A stretch of 64,000 nucleotides of DNA from Candidatus Collierbacteria bacterium RIFOXYD2_FULL_45_13 (GCA_001774685.1 MFAS01000001.1:607557-671556), one strand, 5' to 3'; shown: positions 46,496 through 56,029, counted from the first letter of the stretch. Notes: generated from the sequence alone by a model not told the origin. Made by a program: numbers and translations.

Positions 46496-47596
46496 ATGAC
46501 CAATAATATTAAATGCCCCAATTGCGGAGAAGAAATAGAGATCTCGGAAGCCCTCAGCGCCACCATAAAAGAACAGATGGGTAAAAGTCTCAGAGACGAA
46601 GGTTTTAGAGAGGCAGAAAAGAAATATAAGTCAGAAGCCGCCGAAGAATCGAAGGTTCTTAAAGAAGAGCTGGAGTTTAAGTCCAAGAAATTGGATGAGG
46701 CTCGTGAGGCGGAGCGATTATTAAGACAGGAAAAATTGAAACTTGAAGACGAAAAGAAATCATTCGAACTGGAAAAACAGAAGCAGTTGGATATTGAAAG
46801 AGAAAAGATTCGACAGCAAACGCTTTTCGAAGCTAGCGATGCTCATCGTCTAAAAGATCTGGAGAAAGAAAAAATGATTAATGATCTGAAGAAATCATTG
46901 GAGGATGCCCAACTGAAAGCCTCTCAGAGTTCACAACAGTTACAAGGCGAAGTACAGGAGCTGGATCTGGAAAGTTATCTGCAAACCTCCTTTCCGAGTG
47001 ACGAGGTAAACCCTGTCGGTAAGGGAGTCCGTGGTGCCGATATAAGTCATGTCGTTCGGACCAATTTGGGAACAGTCTGCGGCGTCATACTCTGGGAATC
47101 CAAAAGAACTAAAGCTTGGATGGATGATTGGACCACGAAACTTAAGGACGATCTCCGTGCCTCCAAAGCCAATGTCCCGGTGATCATCACCTCTGTACTA
47201 CCCAAAGAAGTAAAGTCCGGATTTGGCTTCTTCCAAGGGGTTTGGGTAGCCGAGCCAAAATATATTCAACCATTGGCCGAGATTCTACGAAAGAATCTTA
47301 TCGACGTAGCCAGAGAAAAACACAACGGACAAGACAGGGGAACGAAGGCCGATATGATCTATACCTATTTGACAAGTGACGCTTTTGTTCAGCAAATCCA
47401 GAGTATTATCGAAGTCCATCAAAGCATGCAGCTTCAGGTTCAAAAAGAAAGAGCCGCTTTTGAAAAAATCTGGAAGGAAAGGGAAGCCCAGGCCTCCAGA
47501 ATTATTATGAGCACCGCCGGCATCTACGGCAGCATCCAAGGCGTGGCCGGCCAATCCATGCCACCCGTCAAAGGCCTCGATCTCCTCGATCCATAG
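46496..47596 (+). CDS. Zn-ribbon / coiled-coil / C-terminal PD-(D/E)XK-like nuclease-fold protein (DUF2130-like architecture)
   Basis: N-terminal CPNCGEEI zinc ribbon, a ~150-aa Lys/Glu coiled coil, then GADISHVV...ILWESKRTK (D...ExK) in the C-terminal domain. Confidence 0.65.
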   Translation: MTNNIKCPNCGEEIEISEALSATIKEQMGKSLRDEGFREAEKKYKSEAAEESKVLKEELEFKSKKLDEAREAERLLRQEKLKLEDEKKSFELEKQKQLDIEREKIRQQTLFEASDAHRLKDLEKEKMINDLKKSLEDAQLKASQSSQQLQGEVQELDLESYLQTSFPSDEVNPVGKGVRGADISHVVRTNLGTVCGVILWESKRTKAWMDDWTTKLKDDLRASKANVPVIITSVLPKEVKSGFGFFQGVWVAEPKYIQPLAEILRKNLIDVAREKHNGQDRGTKADMIYTYLTSDAFVQQIQSIIEVHQSMQLQVQKERAAFEKIWKEREAQASRIIMSTAGIYGSIQGVAGQSMPPVKGLDLLDP

Positions 47597-47617
47597 TTAC
47601 TCTGCTAAAATATCCGG

Positions 47618-48391
47618 ATGATAAAACTACAGACAGGAAACAACGAGATCCTTAGAAAGGCTCTTGACAATATAAATTCGAGCGAGGAAATAAGAGTCAT
47701 GTGGGAGATGACCAACACTAACGCCATCAAGCGGATGGGTTACTCGGATCACGGAATTGTCCACTTTCAGATTGTGGCCGACTATGCTCTTCAGATGTGC
47801 CGAATTCTGGCGAAAAGTGATAAAAAAATGGGCATTGTAAAGGAGTACGGTTTGACGATGAACCATGCCGAGTTAGTTGTTGTTTTGGCTTCGTTGTTTC
47901 ACGATTTAGGTATGACGATCAATCGCAGGGGGCACGAGGAATACAGTCTTTTTATTGCGTCTAGAGTGATTGACCTAGTCCTAGATTTCCTTCCGGTGAG
48001 AGAAAGGGTAATTGTCCGAGGCGAAACGCTTCACGCCATAATCAACCATCGTGATGATGGCCATCCAAACACCATTGAGGCGGGTATCGTCCGTGTGGCA
48101 GATGCACTTGATATGAGTAAGGGAAGGTCGCGTATTCCATTTGAAAAAGGGGAAATTAACATCCATTCATTGTCCGCCTACGCCATCAACTCAGTCACTC
48201 TCAAAGAGGGCACCGGTGTACCGGTTGAAATAAACATTTTTATGAATAACTCTTCTGGCATATTTCAGGTTGATGAATTACTAAAGGAAAAGCTCAAACA
48301 TTCAGGCATCGAAAGGTATTGCCAAGTGACTGCCACAATCGATGGTGACTCGGAAAAGAAACTTTTAACGAAGTTTGTTGTCTCAGCCTAA
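47618..48391 (+). CDS. HD-domain phosphohydrolase
   Basis: H...HD...H...H...D pattern: GIVHFQ, SLFHDLGM, RGHEEYS, INHRDDGH and VADALDM. Confidence 0.75.
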   Translation: MIKLQTGNNEILRKALDNINSSEEIRVMWEMTNTNAIKRMGYSDHGIVHFQIVADYALQMCRILAKSDKKMGIVKEYGLTMNHAELVVVLASLFHDLGMTINRRGHEEYSLFIASRVIDLVLDFLPVRERVIVRGETLHAIINHRDDGHPNTIEAGIVRVADALDMSKGRSRIPFEKGEINIHSLSAYAINSVTLKEGTGVPVEINIFMNNSSGIFQVDELLKEKLKHSGIERYCQVTATIDGDSEKKLLTKFVVSA

Positions 48392-48419
48392 ACCAGAGCT
48401 CTCTATGCTAACATGAGCC

Positions 48420-49187
48420 ATGTACTATAAGAAATCCAGGGGTATTTTTGATCCGAAATCAAAAGATCCCTTCAAAATCAGCCGATCTAAGATAGAGCTT
48501 TATACTCAATGCCCTCGTTGTTTCTATATGGACGTTCGGTTGGGTCTATCGCGCCCATCTACTCCTCCATATACCTTAAACTCAGCCGTCGATAACTTAT
48601 TAAAAAACGAGTTTGATCTACTTAGGAAAACAGGGGAGAAGCACGAACTAATGAAAAAATACGCCATAGACGCCATACCTTTTAACCACCCAGATTTGCC
48701 TCAATGGAGAGGTGAAGTCACCGCTTTTGAAGGTGCCTTGGTTGTGGATGAAAAATCAAATCTCCTTATCAACGGGTTGGTCGATGATGTATGGCAAGAC
48801 AGTCAGGGAAATCTGGTGATGGTGGATTACAAGTCGACCAGCTCGGCTAAGCCACCCTCCCTTGATGATGAGTGGAAACAGTCCTACAAGCGGCAAATAG
48901 AGATTTATCAATGGATTTTCCGCAAGCTTGGTTTTCCTGTATCTAGAATTGGTTACTTTGTTTTCGCCAATGCCATGAAGAATTTACCAAAATTCGACGG
49001 CAAACTCGAGTTTGAGATGTCCATTCTCGCTTACGAAGGAAACTCCGACTGGGTTGAACTCACTCTCTTGGAAATTCGCGAGCTTCTCAACTCAGAAGTC
49101 ATTCCTGCACCTGCTCACGAGTGCGAGTATTGTGCCTACAAACAGCAGTCAGTCCAAATAGTTAAATCGATAAGAGAAAAGCAATAA
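48420..49187 (+). CDS. PD-(D/E)XK nuclease of the RecB/Cas4 family (Cys-x2-Cys at both termini)
   Basis: CPRCFY at the N-terminus, LVMVDYKS (DxK), RQIEIYQ (QhxxY), and HECEYCAYK at the C-terminus. Confidence 0.7.
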   Translation: MYYKKSRGIFDPKSKDPFKISRSKIELYTQCPRCFYMDVRLGLSRPSTPPYTLNSAVDNLLKNEFDLLRKTGEKHELMKKYAIDAIPFNHPDLPQWRGEVTAFEGALVVDEKSNLLINGLVDDVWQDSQGNLVMVDYKSTSSAKPPSLDDEWKQSYKRQIEIYQWIFRKLGFPVSRIGYFVFANAMKNLPKFDGKLEFEMSILAYEGNSDWVELTLLEIRELLNSEVIPAPAHECEYCAYKQQSVQIVKSIREKQ

Positions 49188-49215
49188 CCACACTTCGTCA
49201 TTGCGAATCTTGTAC

Positions 49216-49500
49216 TCAAGCTGTGGCAATCCATCTCTTTTTGTCTTTTTCTAGCCTCACGATTCTCTTTTCATGATTGTCAATCTTCTCTGAGTGATGG
49301 TCGGCAATATTATCCAATTTCTTTTCAATTCTATAAGTATTATCTGCAACCACAGTTACTTCTTTATGCAAACGATCATAAATATTATTGATCATGGGTT
49401 CAGTCACTTCTTCATGAAACTTTAATAACCTCTCATCCATGATTTTCGCAAAATCTTCCAGATTGTCCTTAGTAAACTTCATACATTTACTATACCTCAA
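49216..49500 (-). CDS. Hypothetical protein (94 aa) downstream of greA
   Basis: ORF with a 4-nt overlap with greA. Confidence 0.4.
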   Translation of the reverse strand: MRYSKCMKFTKDNLEDFAKIMDERLLKFHEEVTEPMINNIYDRLHKEVTVVADNTYRIEKKLDNIADHHSEKIDNHEKRIVRLEKDKKRWIATA

Positions 49501-49919
49501 ACATTTTCCTCGATCTTTTTTACCCTCAGCTTCTGGTCGTTTATTTCAAATTCGCTACCGGCAACCTTGCCCAGAAGATTTTTGGCCATTGGTGTTTTTT
49601 CGCTTAGGAGAGTCACACCGTCTTCTTCCGTGCCACCTAGTCCATTGGGCACAATAAAATATTTTCTGGTCGAACCGTCAACTGTATTGAGCATGGTGTA
49701 GACCAAATGATATTTGGCGACCTCACCCAAAAGTTCCACGAGCCTCTTTTTTTCTTCGAGTAGTGAATTGTAAAGCTGGTTAGCAATTTGTCTGGTCTGG
49801 TCGTGTTGCGATTCCATAGAAGTGGCGCTTTCATCACGTTCCATAGCCGCCTGCTTAATTTGCTTCTCCGCCGAGCGGATTTCCTTCTCTATTTTCTGTT
49901 TCAAGTCGATCATACCCAA
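49497..49919 (-). CDS. greA: Transcription elongation factor GreA-like
   Basis: N-terminal coiled coil and a C-terminal FKBP-like region YFIVPNGLGGTEEDGVTLLSEKTPMAKNLLGKVAGSEFEI. Confidence 0.65.
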   Translation of the reverse strand: MGMIDLKQKIEKEIRSAEKQIKQAAMERDESATSMESQHDQTRQIANQLYNSLLEEKKRLVELLGEVAKYHLVYTMLNTVDGSTRKYFIVPNGLGGTEEDGVTLLSEKTPMAKNLLGKVAGSEFEINDQKLRVKKIEENV

Positions 49920-49981
49920 TTTTACCTCATATCATCATTTCGAAAGTGATTCTGATGACATTCATCTGAGATAATAGCCTC

Positions 49982-51043
49982 ATGAACCTCTCAGGCTTTC
50001 ATTTTGATCTCCCCGAAGAGTTGATTGGTCAGCAAGCCATTGAGCCTCGGGACTCATGCAAACTTTTGGTCGTAAATAGAAAAGATCAAGGAATTTCTCA
50101 CCATATTTTCCGAGACCTCACCGAACTCTTGGACGATAAATGTGTTTTGGTTCTGAACGATACCAAAGTCTTTCCGGCCAGACTCTTTGGAAAAAAAGAA
50201 AGCGGGGGAAAGGTGGAAGTACTTCTTCTGAAGCAGACTTCGTTGGACACTTATGAATGTATCGTCCGTGGGAAGATCCAAGTTGGTCAAAACCTGATCT
50301 TTGACTCAAACCTCATCGGATCCGTTCTCACTAAAAACAAAGAAGGGGAAATCAGCCTTAAGTTTAATTTTTCCGGCCCGGATTTGATTGTCAAAATAGA
50401 CGAGCTTGGGAAAACGCCACTTCCTCCATATATCCATTCAGGTTCCAAAGAAGAAGTTCTTAGAAAGAAATACCAAACTATCTATGCGAAAGAAAGGGGG
50501 AGTGCTGCCGCCCCCACAGCCGGTCTCCATTTCACCCCTGAACTTCTGCATCGTTTGCGAGAAAGGGGAGTGCAAACTGTAAAACTCACTCTCCATGTCG
50601 GTCTTGGTACTTTCAAGCCGGTGTCGGAGGAGCAGGTAGCAAATAAGACGCTTCACTCCGAATCGTTTACGCTTTTACCGGACGTGGCTGACCAATTAAA
50701 TATAGCCAAGAAATCGGGTAAAAAGATTATCGCTGTCGGGACAACATCCTGTCGGGTGCTGGAAACACTCTCCGACGAGTCGGGAAATCTTTCAGGCGGA
50801 GCAGGGGAGACCAAAATCTTCATCCAGCCCGGATACCGGTATAAATTCGTCGACGGGCTCATTACCAACTTTCATCTGCCTCACACTAGCCTATTAATGC
50901 TCGTTAGTGCCCTGGTTAGTTTTCCGAACTCCCCTGTCCGTTTCTCCAGTTTTCACGACTCTCTCGTGGGCAAGGCGTATGAAGAAGCTATCAGAAGAAA
51001 ATACAAATTCTTCAGCTTCGGCGATGCCATGCTGATCAAATAA
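49982..51043 (+). CDS. queA: S-adenosylmethionine:tRNA ribosyltransferase-isomerase
   Basis: FDLPEELIGQQAIEPRDSCKLLVV, LPPYIH, and ERGSAAAPTAGLHFT. Confidence 0.85.
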   Translation: MNLSGFHFDLPEELIGQQAIEPRDSCKLLVVNRKDQGISHHIFRDLTELLDDKCVLVLNDTKVFPARLFGKKESGGKVEVLLLKQTSLDTYECIVRGKIQVGQNLIFDSNLIGSVLTKNKEGEISLKFNFSGPDLIVKIDELGKTPLPPYIHSGSKEEVLRKKYQTIYAKERGSAAAPTAGLHFTPELLHRLRERGVQTVKLTLHVGLGTFKPVSEEQVANKTLHSESFTLLPDVADQLNIAKKSGKKIIAVGTTSCRVLETLSDESGNLSGGAGETKIFIQPGYRYKFVDGLITNFHLPHTSLLMLVSALVSFPNSPVRFSSFHDSLVGKAYEEAIRRKYKFFSFGDAMLIK

Positions 51044-51065
51044 AGCAAATGCTATCATAATATTT

Positions 51066-51440
51066 ATGAAATTAAACGAAATAGCAGCTCTGATACTAAA
51101 ACAGGCTGAAGAAAAAGGTTGGAGTCACACGAAAGAACTTTTAAGTGTCGCAGAAAAAACAATGCTCATGGCTACCGAGATTTCGGAACTGCGGGAAGCA
51201 ACCTTAACCGAGGACTATCTATATTTTTACGGACTGGTAACTAATGCTTACGATTATTACCGCCACAAGGATATTGAAAATTTCCTTAGGTCATTAAAAA
51301 TAATTGCTTTGGAAATTCGGCTTCTAGCCCAAAACCTAAAATTGAATCTAGATTCAGCCTGTTTAAACAAGATCGAAATTAACCAAACCCGAGTGTGGAA
51401 TAAAAATCAGTTAAACGGTAATTACTACAAAACTTCCTGA
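51066..51440 (+). CDS. MazG-like nucleotide pyrophosphohydrolase domain protein (small all-alpha)
   Basis: KGWSHTKELLSVAEKTMLMATEISELREA resembles the MazG EExxE helix. The match is weak. Confidence 0.35.
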   Translation: MKLNEIAALILKQAEEKGWSHTKELLSVAEKTMLMATEISELREATLTEDYLYFYGLVTNAYDYYRHKDIENFLRSLKIIALEIRLLAQNLKLNLDSACLNKIEINQTRVWNKNQLNGNYYKTS

Positions 51441-52438
51441 TCGCCGGACCGCTTAACTGTATTTTCAAAATATTGTGTTAAAGGCTCGACAATGCTCTGG
51501 CGACAGGTTTGCAGGGACAACTCTTCGGTTTTCAAAGTAACCAATTTCCAATCAAAGTTGTGGGAGCCAAAAATGGCGACGTTGTCAGCGATTATTAACT
51601 TCGCATGGGTTCTGCCATACCTGGGAGAATAACTTTCATAAGTGGCACGAGTATCCTTGTTGGAAGAAAATGTTTTGACCTTTACACCTCTGGACACGGC
51701 CCGAAGTAACGCTGTTCTCACACGTCCACAAGCAGCGCGGCTACTCATAAAATTCACACTCTCGATCGAGCTGTTTATCAAGCCAATGGCTCTATCCATG
51801 ACTACTGAATGTCCGCTTCCCACATCCATCAGCAACTCTGTATCCGGTGCACACACGATAACCCTATTGGATTTGTCTGCGGTATTCGCTTCGAAGATCG
51901 AAGTAATCTGCTCAACGATATCATTGTCCGTGATCTTTACCATAAAGTCCTCACGTTCAAAGACTGACTGAGATAAATTTAATCCACCAAGGTAACAGCA
52001 GTCGTCAACGACAAATATCTTTTTGTGATTTCTGCCGTAAGCGAAAGAGAGATCGCCCAACATGCCTGGCCGATTGGTTATCTCAATAGCAACACCGGCA
52101 TTTTGCAGATCCTTTAGCATCTCTCTGTTTCCTTTTACCATGAACTCTCTTCTACCTCCATCTGTTTTTGCCCAACTACACAAAAGATTAGGAACGTCAT
52201 TTGTCACCATACTGGCGAAACAGTCAACTTTAACCATAACAAAGACACCTCTACTACAAGCCTCTTTGAACGCATTTGCGATTAAGAGGTCAACGTGATC
52301 TGCTTCAAAAGTCATCGCTTGTGCTAGCACACACCTCTTTGCTTGCTTTGCGGACAAGGTGAAATCGATCAGAAACTCCCTAGGCGAAAGCACTTGTACT
52401 CTCTGATCAAAAAAGGGTTCCTTTTCTATTTCATTCAT
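51425..52438 (-). CDS. Phospholipase D-like protein with two HKD motifs (PLD/cardiolipin synthase/nuclease superfamily)
   Basis: HKKIFVVDD and HAKLIIADN (HxK(x)4D) about 150 aa apart. Confidence 0.7.
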   Translation of the reverse strand: MNEIEKEPFFDQRVQVLSPREFLIDFTLSAKQAKRCVLAQAMTFEADHVDLLIANAFKEACSRGVFVMVKVDCFASMVTNDVPNLLCSWAKTDGGRREFMVKGNREMLKDLQNAGVAIEITNRPGMLGDLSFAYGRNHKKIFVVDDCCYLGGLNLSQSVFEREDFMVKITDNDIVEQITSIFEANTADKSNRVIVCAPDTELLMDVGSGHSVVMDRAIGLINSSIESVNFMSSRAACGRVRTALLRAVSRGVKVKTFSSNKDTRATYESYSPRYGRTHAKLIIADNVAIFGSHNFDWKLVTLKTEELSLQTCRQSIVEPLTQYFENTVKRSGDQEVL

Positions 52439-53570
52439 TATTTATCAGGCTCATCTTATTTCTCATTTCTTCAACCAAGCGGACCATAAACCGGACGTTA
52501 TGAATCGAGGCTAGCCGATAATAGGTAAGTTCCTTGGATTTATAGAGATGATTAAGATATCCACGCGTGTACCCGGATTGACAGGTAAAGCAATCACAGC
52601 CCTCCATGATCACCGATTTATCATTGATGAACTGTGTGTTGCTGATATTTAACCTTCCATTGGAAAAATCGCTTTCAAAATTGTCACCCCGTAGCTCACC
52701 GTAATAAAGTGCCCCATTTCTCGCCAGTCTCGTGGGTGCTACGCAATCAAACATATCAACGCCGCACTTGATGATGTCTACAATATTTTGCGGATCGCGT
52801 CCCAAACCCATGGTGTATATCGGCTTACCTTTTGGTAATAAGTGCTTGATCCAACCGACTACTTCTTGGGTCGCTTCCATGTTGTAGCCTATGGTCTCTC
52901 CGCCCAAAGCTATGCCACTAAAGGGCATTGAGGAAATAAACTTTGCCGCCTCCTCTCTCATTTCTCTATCCGTACTCCCTTGAATAATGCCAAACAATGC
53001 CTGGTCAGCCCCTTGCGCACTCTTTCTACCATTTTCCTCCCATCTTCTGACGCATCTTTCTGCCCAGCGGTGTGTCCTGTTGAGAGCTTCTCTGACATAT
53101 TTTCTTTCAATTTTGTCAGGGGTACATTCATCGAAGGCCATAATAATATCGGCACCTAAATCCCTTTGAATATCCATTGATCTTTCAGGGGTAAACCTAT
53201 GCATTTGACCGTCTAGGTGGGATTTAAAAGTTACCCCATCATCATCAATTTTCGAAAGAGATTCACCTTTAGCCCCAAGACCAAGTGAAAAAACCTGGAA
53301 ACCGCCGCTATCGGTTAGCATTGGTCCATTCCAATTCATGAACTTCTGGACTCCACCCATCTCAGACACAGTCTTTTCTCCTGGTCGTAAAAATAGATGG
53401 TAAGTATTGGCAAGCACAATCTCGGCTTTTGTGCCATGAATATCCTGCCCATCCAGAGCTTTTACGGTAGCAGCCGTTCCCACCGGCATAAAAACCGGCG
53501 TCTGCACCTCACCGTGATCGGTAGTCATTTTTCCTGTTCCGTCGGTATTTTTTGTGAACTTGAATGCCAT
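52431..53570 (-). CDS. tgt: Queuine tRNA-ribosyltransferase
   Basis: TPVFMPVGT, catalytic-region LTDSGGFQVFSL, and zinc site CDCFTCQ...H. The start was set at MAFKFTK; the longer ORF to 53708 has a non-conserved extension. Confidence 0.85.
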   Translation of the reverse strand: MAFKFTKNTDGTGKMTTDHGEVQTPVFMPVGTAATVKALDGQDIHGTKAEIVLANTYHLFLRPGEKTVSEMGGVQKFMNWNGPMLTDSGGFQVFSLGLGAKGESLSKIDDDGVTFKSHLDGQMHRFTPERSMDIQRDLGADIIMAFDECTPDKIERKYVREALNRTHRWAERCVRRWEENGRKSAQGADQALFGIIQGSTDREMREEAAKFISSMPFSGIALGGETIGYNMEATQEVVGWIKHLLPKGKPIYTMGLGRDPQNIVDIIKCGVDMFDCVAPTRLARNGALYYGELRGDNFESDFSNGRLNISNTQFINDKSVIMEGCDCFTCQSGYTRGYLNHLYKSKELTYYRLASIHNVRFMVRLVEEMRNKMSLINNE

Positions 53571-53719
53571 AAATGTTTTATGTTGGACTCGAAGTCTTCG
53601 GTCTCGTCTGCTGACTCGCCTCTGACCGCGCCTCAGCGCCAGTCGCGCTTCCGGCAGGCTCGATTCCCACAGAATTATCAAATTAGATTTTGTTCCGCAA
53701 GGGAACAATATCTAATTAG

Positions 53720-53792
53720 AGCCAAGGGTGGGACTCGAACCCACTACCTGCGGTTTACGATACCGCCGCTCTACCTGCTGAGCTACCTTGGC
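53720..53792 (-). tRNA. tRNA-Thr (anticodon CGT)
   Basis: Reverse complement folds as GCCAAGG-TA-GCTC-AGCAGGTA-GAGC-G-GCGGT-ATCGTAA-ACCGC-AGGTA-GTGGG-TTCGAGT-CCCAC-CCTTGGC-T. Confidence 0.8.
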
Positions 53793-53871
53793 TACACAGC
53801 TATTTTACCCGAAATACAGCCAGATATTGAAGAATGCTAAAATATCCCATACTTTGACAACCGGAGGAAAT

Positions 53872-54159
53872 ATGGCTATCAGACCGCTTGAGATTATTGT
53901 CAATTTGACTCGGGATCAGTTTGTCTATATTGTGCTTCTGAATGGCAACCTAGATGTGAAATCATCCGAAGGTGACGAGATGGTCATTGGAGGAGCACAA
54001 GACCATCGTAAATATGGTCCAGCAGGCACCGAAGATGGTTCGTATCATTTCTTCAGAACTTACATTACCTATCAGGGACATGACCTGTTTGCACGAGCCA
54101 ACTTCGCCTCTCACGATGACGGCAAAACCTATCGGGGGATCTTGTTCGTCAATATGTAA
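53872..54159 (+). CDS. Hypothetical small protein (95 aa), paralog 1 of a tandem pair
   Basis: RBS GGAGGA 3 nt before the ATG. It is homologous to the downstream ORF (IVNLTRDQF vs IVSLTREEL; YQGHDLFARANFASHDGKTY vs YQGEYLWAKANLLSYDGQTF). Confidence 0.55.
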   Translation: MAIRPLEIIVNLTRDQFVYIVLLNGNLDVKSSEGDEMVIGGAQDHRKYGPAGTEDGSYHFFRTYITYQGHDLFARANFASHDDGKTYRGILFVNM

Positions 54160-54188
54160 TCTGACCAGTAATTACAAAAGGAGAAGCA

Positions 54189-54487
54189 ATGGATTCCAAA
54201 CATTATCTTTAATTGTTTCCCTCACCCGTGAGGAGCTGATTGGTTTGATCATTGACAACAAACCGGTGGTAACCAAGACAGAAGACAAGCCAATTACCTT
54301 GTCAGGTTCTGGAACGTATACAAATGAACCTGATTATAAGAATGGCGGAGTCACCCACATTTTTTTCACCAACATCGACTATCAAGGTGAGTATCTGTGG
54401 GCCAAGGCAAATCTACTTTCCTACGATGGACAAACGTTCGTCGGAAACATTATCTGCGAACGTTATCCAGACAGTATCTCCGAGTAA
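54189..54487 (+). pseudogene. Paralog 2 of the tandem pair with an apparent 1-nt frameshift immediately after its ATG
   Basis: The ATG at 54189 (RBS AAAGGAGAAG upstream) runs into a stop after 7 codons, while the homologous reading frame continues in the -1 frame to 54487. Inserting a single nucleotide after ATG G restores M-x-FQTLSLIVSLTREEL, collinear with paralog 1. Confidence 0.5.
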
Positions 54488-54537
54488 GACTGAATCTCGC
54501 TTGGCGTGTCCACTTTGGGCACGCTATTTTTTTGGAT

Positions 54538-55200
54538 TTATTTTTCCAAAGCCGGGATGGTGATCTTTACCCCTGAGTAGATAAGGTCCGGGTTGGCAAA
54601 GATCTTTTTATTGGCCCAATATATTTTGGTCCATTTGAATCCATCGCCGTATGCACGAACAGCCAGCTTCCAGTAAGAGTCTCCCTTTTGGGTGGTGTAT
54701 TCGCCTACTTCAATTGGTTTATTAGAAACTTTTACATCCGATTTGACGACATCGCCCTTATCGGAGATAGCAATATCCTTTTTGATTTCAATGATCGTAA
54801 TCTTCTTTGGTTCAACTTTGGGTATTCTCAGCTCCATACCGGGTGTAATGACTCCTTTGCCCGTGATCTTGTTTTCTTTCATCACATCGACGTAGTTATA
54901 TCCAGACTTGTAGTATTTTTCTGAGATGTGCCAAAGATCGTCCCCCTTAACCACCTTATAGGTAGCAATCAACTTATCGCTAGCTGTCTCATCCTTCTTA
55001 TCTGTCGTTGCTGGTTGTTGCTCATTTAATAGGATTCCCTGCCAGGTTTTCAGGTTTGCCGTCCTAAAATAGTTAAAAATTAGACCAGCAATGACCACAA
55101 TCACCACCGCGCCCATAAGCGTACTGATGGTATTCTCATTCATTTTGAAGAATTTTAGGATATTTTTAATACGTTTTTCCGTACTCTGTCCTTTTTTCAT
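54538..55200 (-). CDS. LysM-domain peptidoglycan-binding membrane protein (two LysM repeats)
   Basis: N-terminal TM. LysM 1 YKVVKGDDLWHISEKYY and LysM 2 YTTQKGDSYWKLAVRAYG. Confidence 0.75.
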   Translation of the reverse strand: MKKGQSTEKRIKNILKFFKMNENTISTLMGAVVIVVIAGLIFNYFRTANLKTWQGILLNEQQPATTDKKDETASDKLIATYKVVKGDDLWHISEKYYKSGYNYVDVMKENKITGKGVITPGMELRIPKVEPKKITIIEIKKDIAISDKGDVVKSDVKVSNKPIEVGEYTTQKGDSYWKLAVRAYGDGFKWTKIYWANKKIFANPDLIYSGVKITIPALEK

Positions 55201-55573
55201 ACCTCAATCTTATATAAAGACTTATGAATGTCAAGTGGTAGTTGAGTTAACTACTTCCACCGATTGGAGCTGTACATTTACTCTCGATTTTTGGAGGTAT
55301 TTACGCTTCTATTTACTAGCGAGTACCAAACACGATATATTTAACTGTGGTCACCTATCCGGATCTTCATGAGAGTTCAGATCCAACCTCAGGGATCTAT
55401 GCATAAAATTATTAAACACAAACAATAAATATGTTCGAAGAACTAGATCAAGTAACGGCAGAAACCAACAAAGAGTCGGAGGTTCTTTTTAAAGAAGAGG
55501 TTACCCTGCCAACCCCGATGACGTACAAACAAATTGAGGCCGCACTTCACCGGTCCGCCCCTGAACATTTCAT

Positions 55574-55834
55574 TTGGCGTCGCCCGAAGATGATGGTGGT
55601 GCAGTGATTGGTTCGCAGATTCCATTCGCCAATTACGGTGCTGAATTTTTAGTGAACGAAAAGGGTGAGCGTCTCATGGAGGACGGAAGCTACGCCAAAA
55701 TATTCGTCAGAAGCAACGAAGGTTTTGGTGGGATAATTCACGCCATAAACGACGGTCCTGACCATAATCAAGAAGTGATTGAATACTGTAGAAAGACAGT
55801 TCAGGACTTTCTCGCATCGTGTCAAAATTCCTGA
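55574..55834 (+). CDS. Hypothetical protein; possibly the 3' part of a frameshifted gene beginning at ATG 55431
   Basis: A 58-codon ATG ORF (55431-55607) overlaps this TTG-initiated ORF in another frame. Confidence 0.3.
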   Translation: MASPEDDGGAVIGSQIPFANYGAEFLVNEKGERLMEDGSYAKIFVRSNEGFGGIIHAINDGPDHNQEVIEYCRKTVQDFLASCQNS

Positions 55835-56029
55835 GGCAGGTTCCCGCTCCAGAATTCATCTAAACCCCAGAAATATCAACTCTATAGGATTATTACATGC
55901 CTGAGAAATCTTTGTATGGCAAAAAGATATGGGCGCGAATATACCCTATAGGTGAAAAAATACCAGTTTTGTGGTATCATCACCCTGTTTCCAAAATCGC
56001 ACGATAACAAGGAGAGTCACGTGATCATT

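Noticed and set aside
53571-53719. Possible preQ1 riboswitch or additional tRNA in the GC-rich 150-bp leader between tRNA-Thr and tgt
   Set aside because: No preQ1-I/II consensus was found, and the T-arm-like GGCTCGATTCCC has no complementary stem. It is probably just the tRNA-tgt spacer with a small hairpin (TTGTTCC-gcaa-GGGAACAA).
53397-53840. 147-aa plus-strand ORF
   Set aside because: It overlaps the tgt 5' end, its upstream leader and the minus-strand tRNA-Thr. It has no RBS and is a spurious frame.
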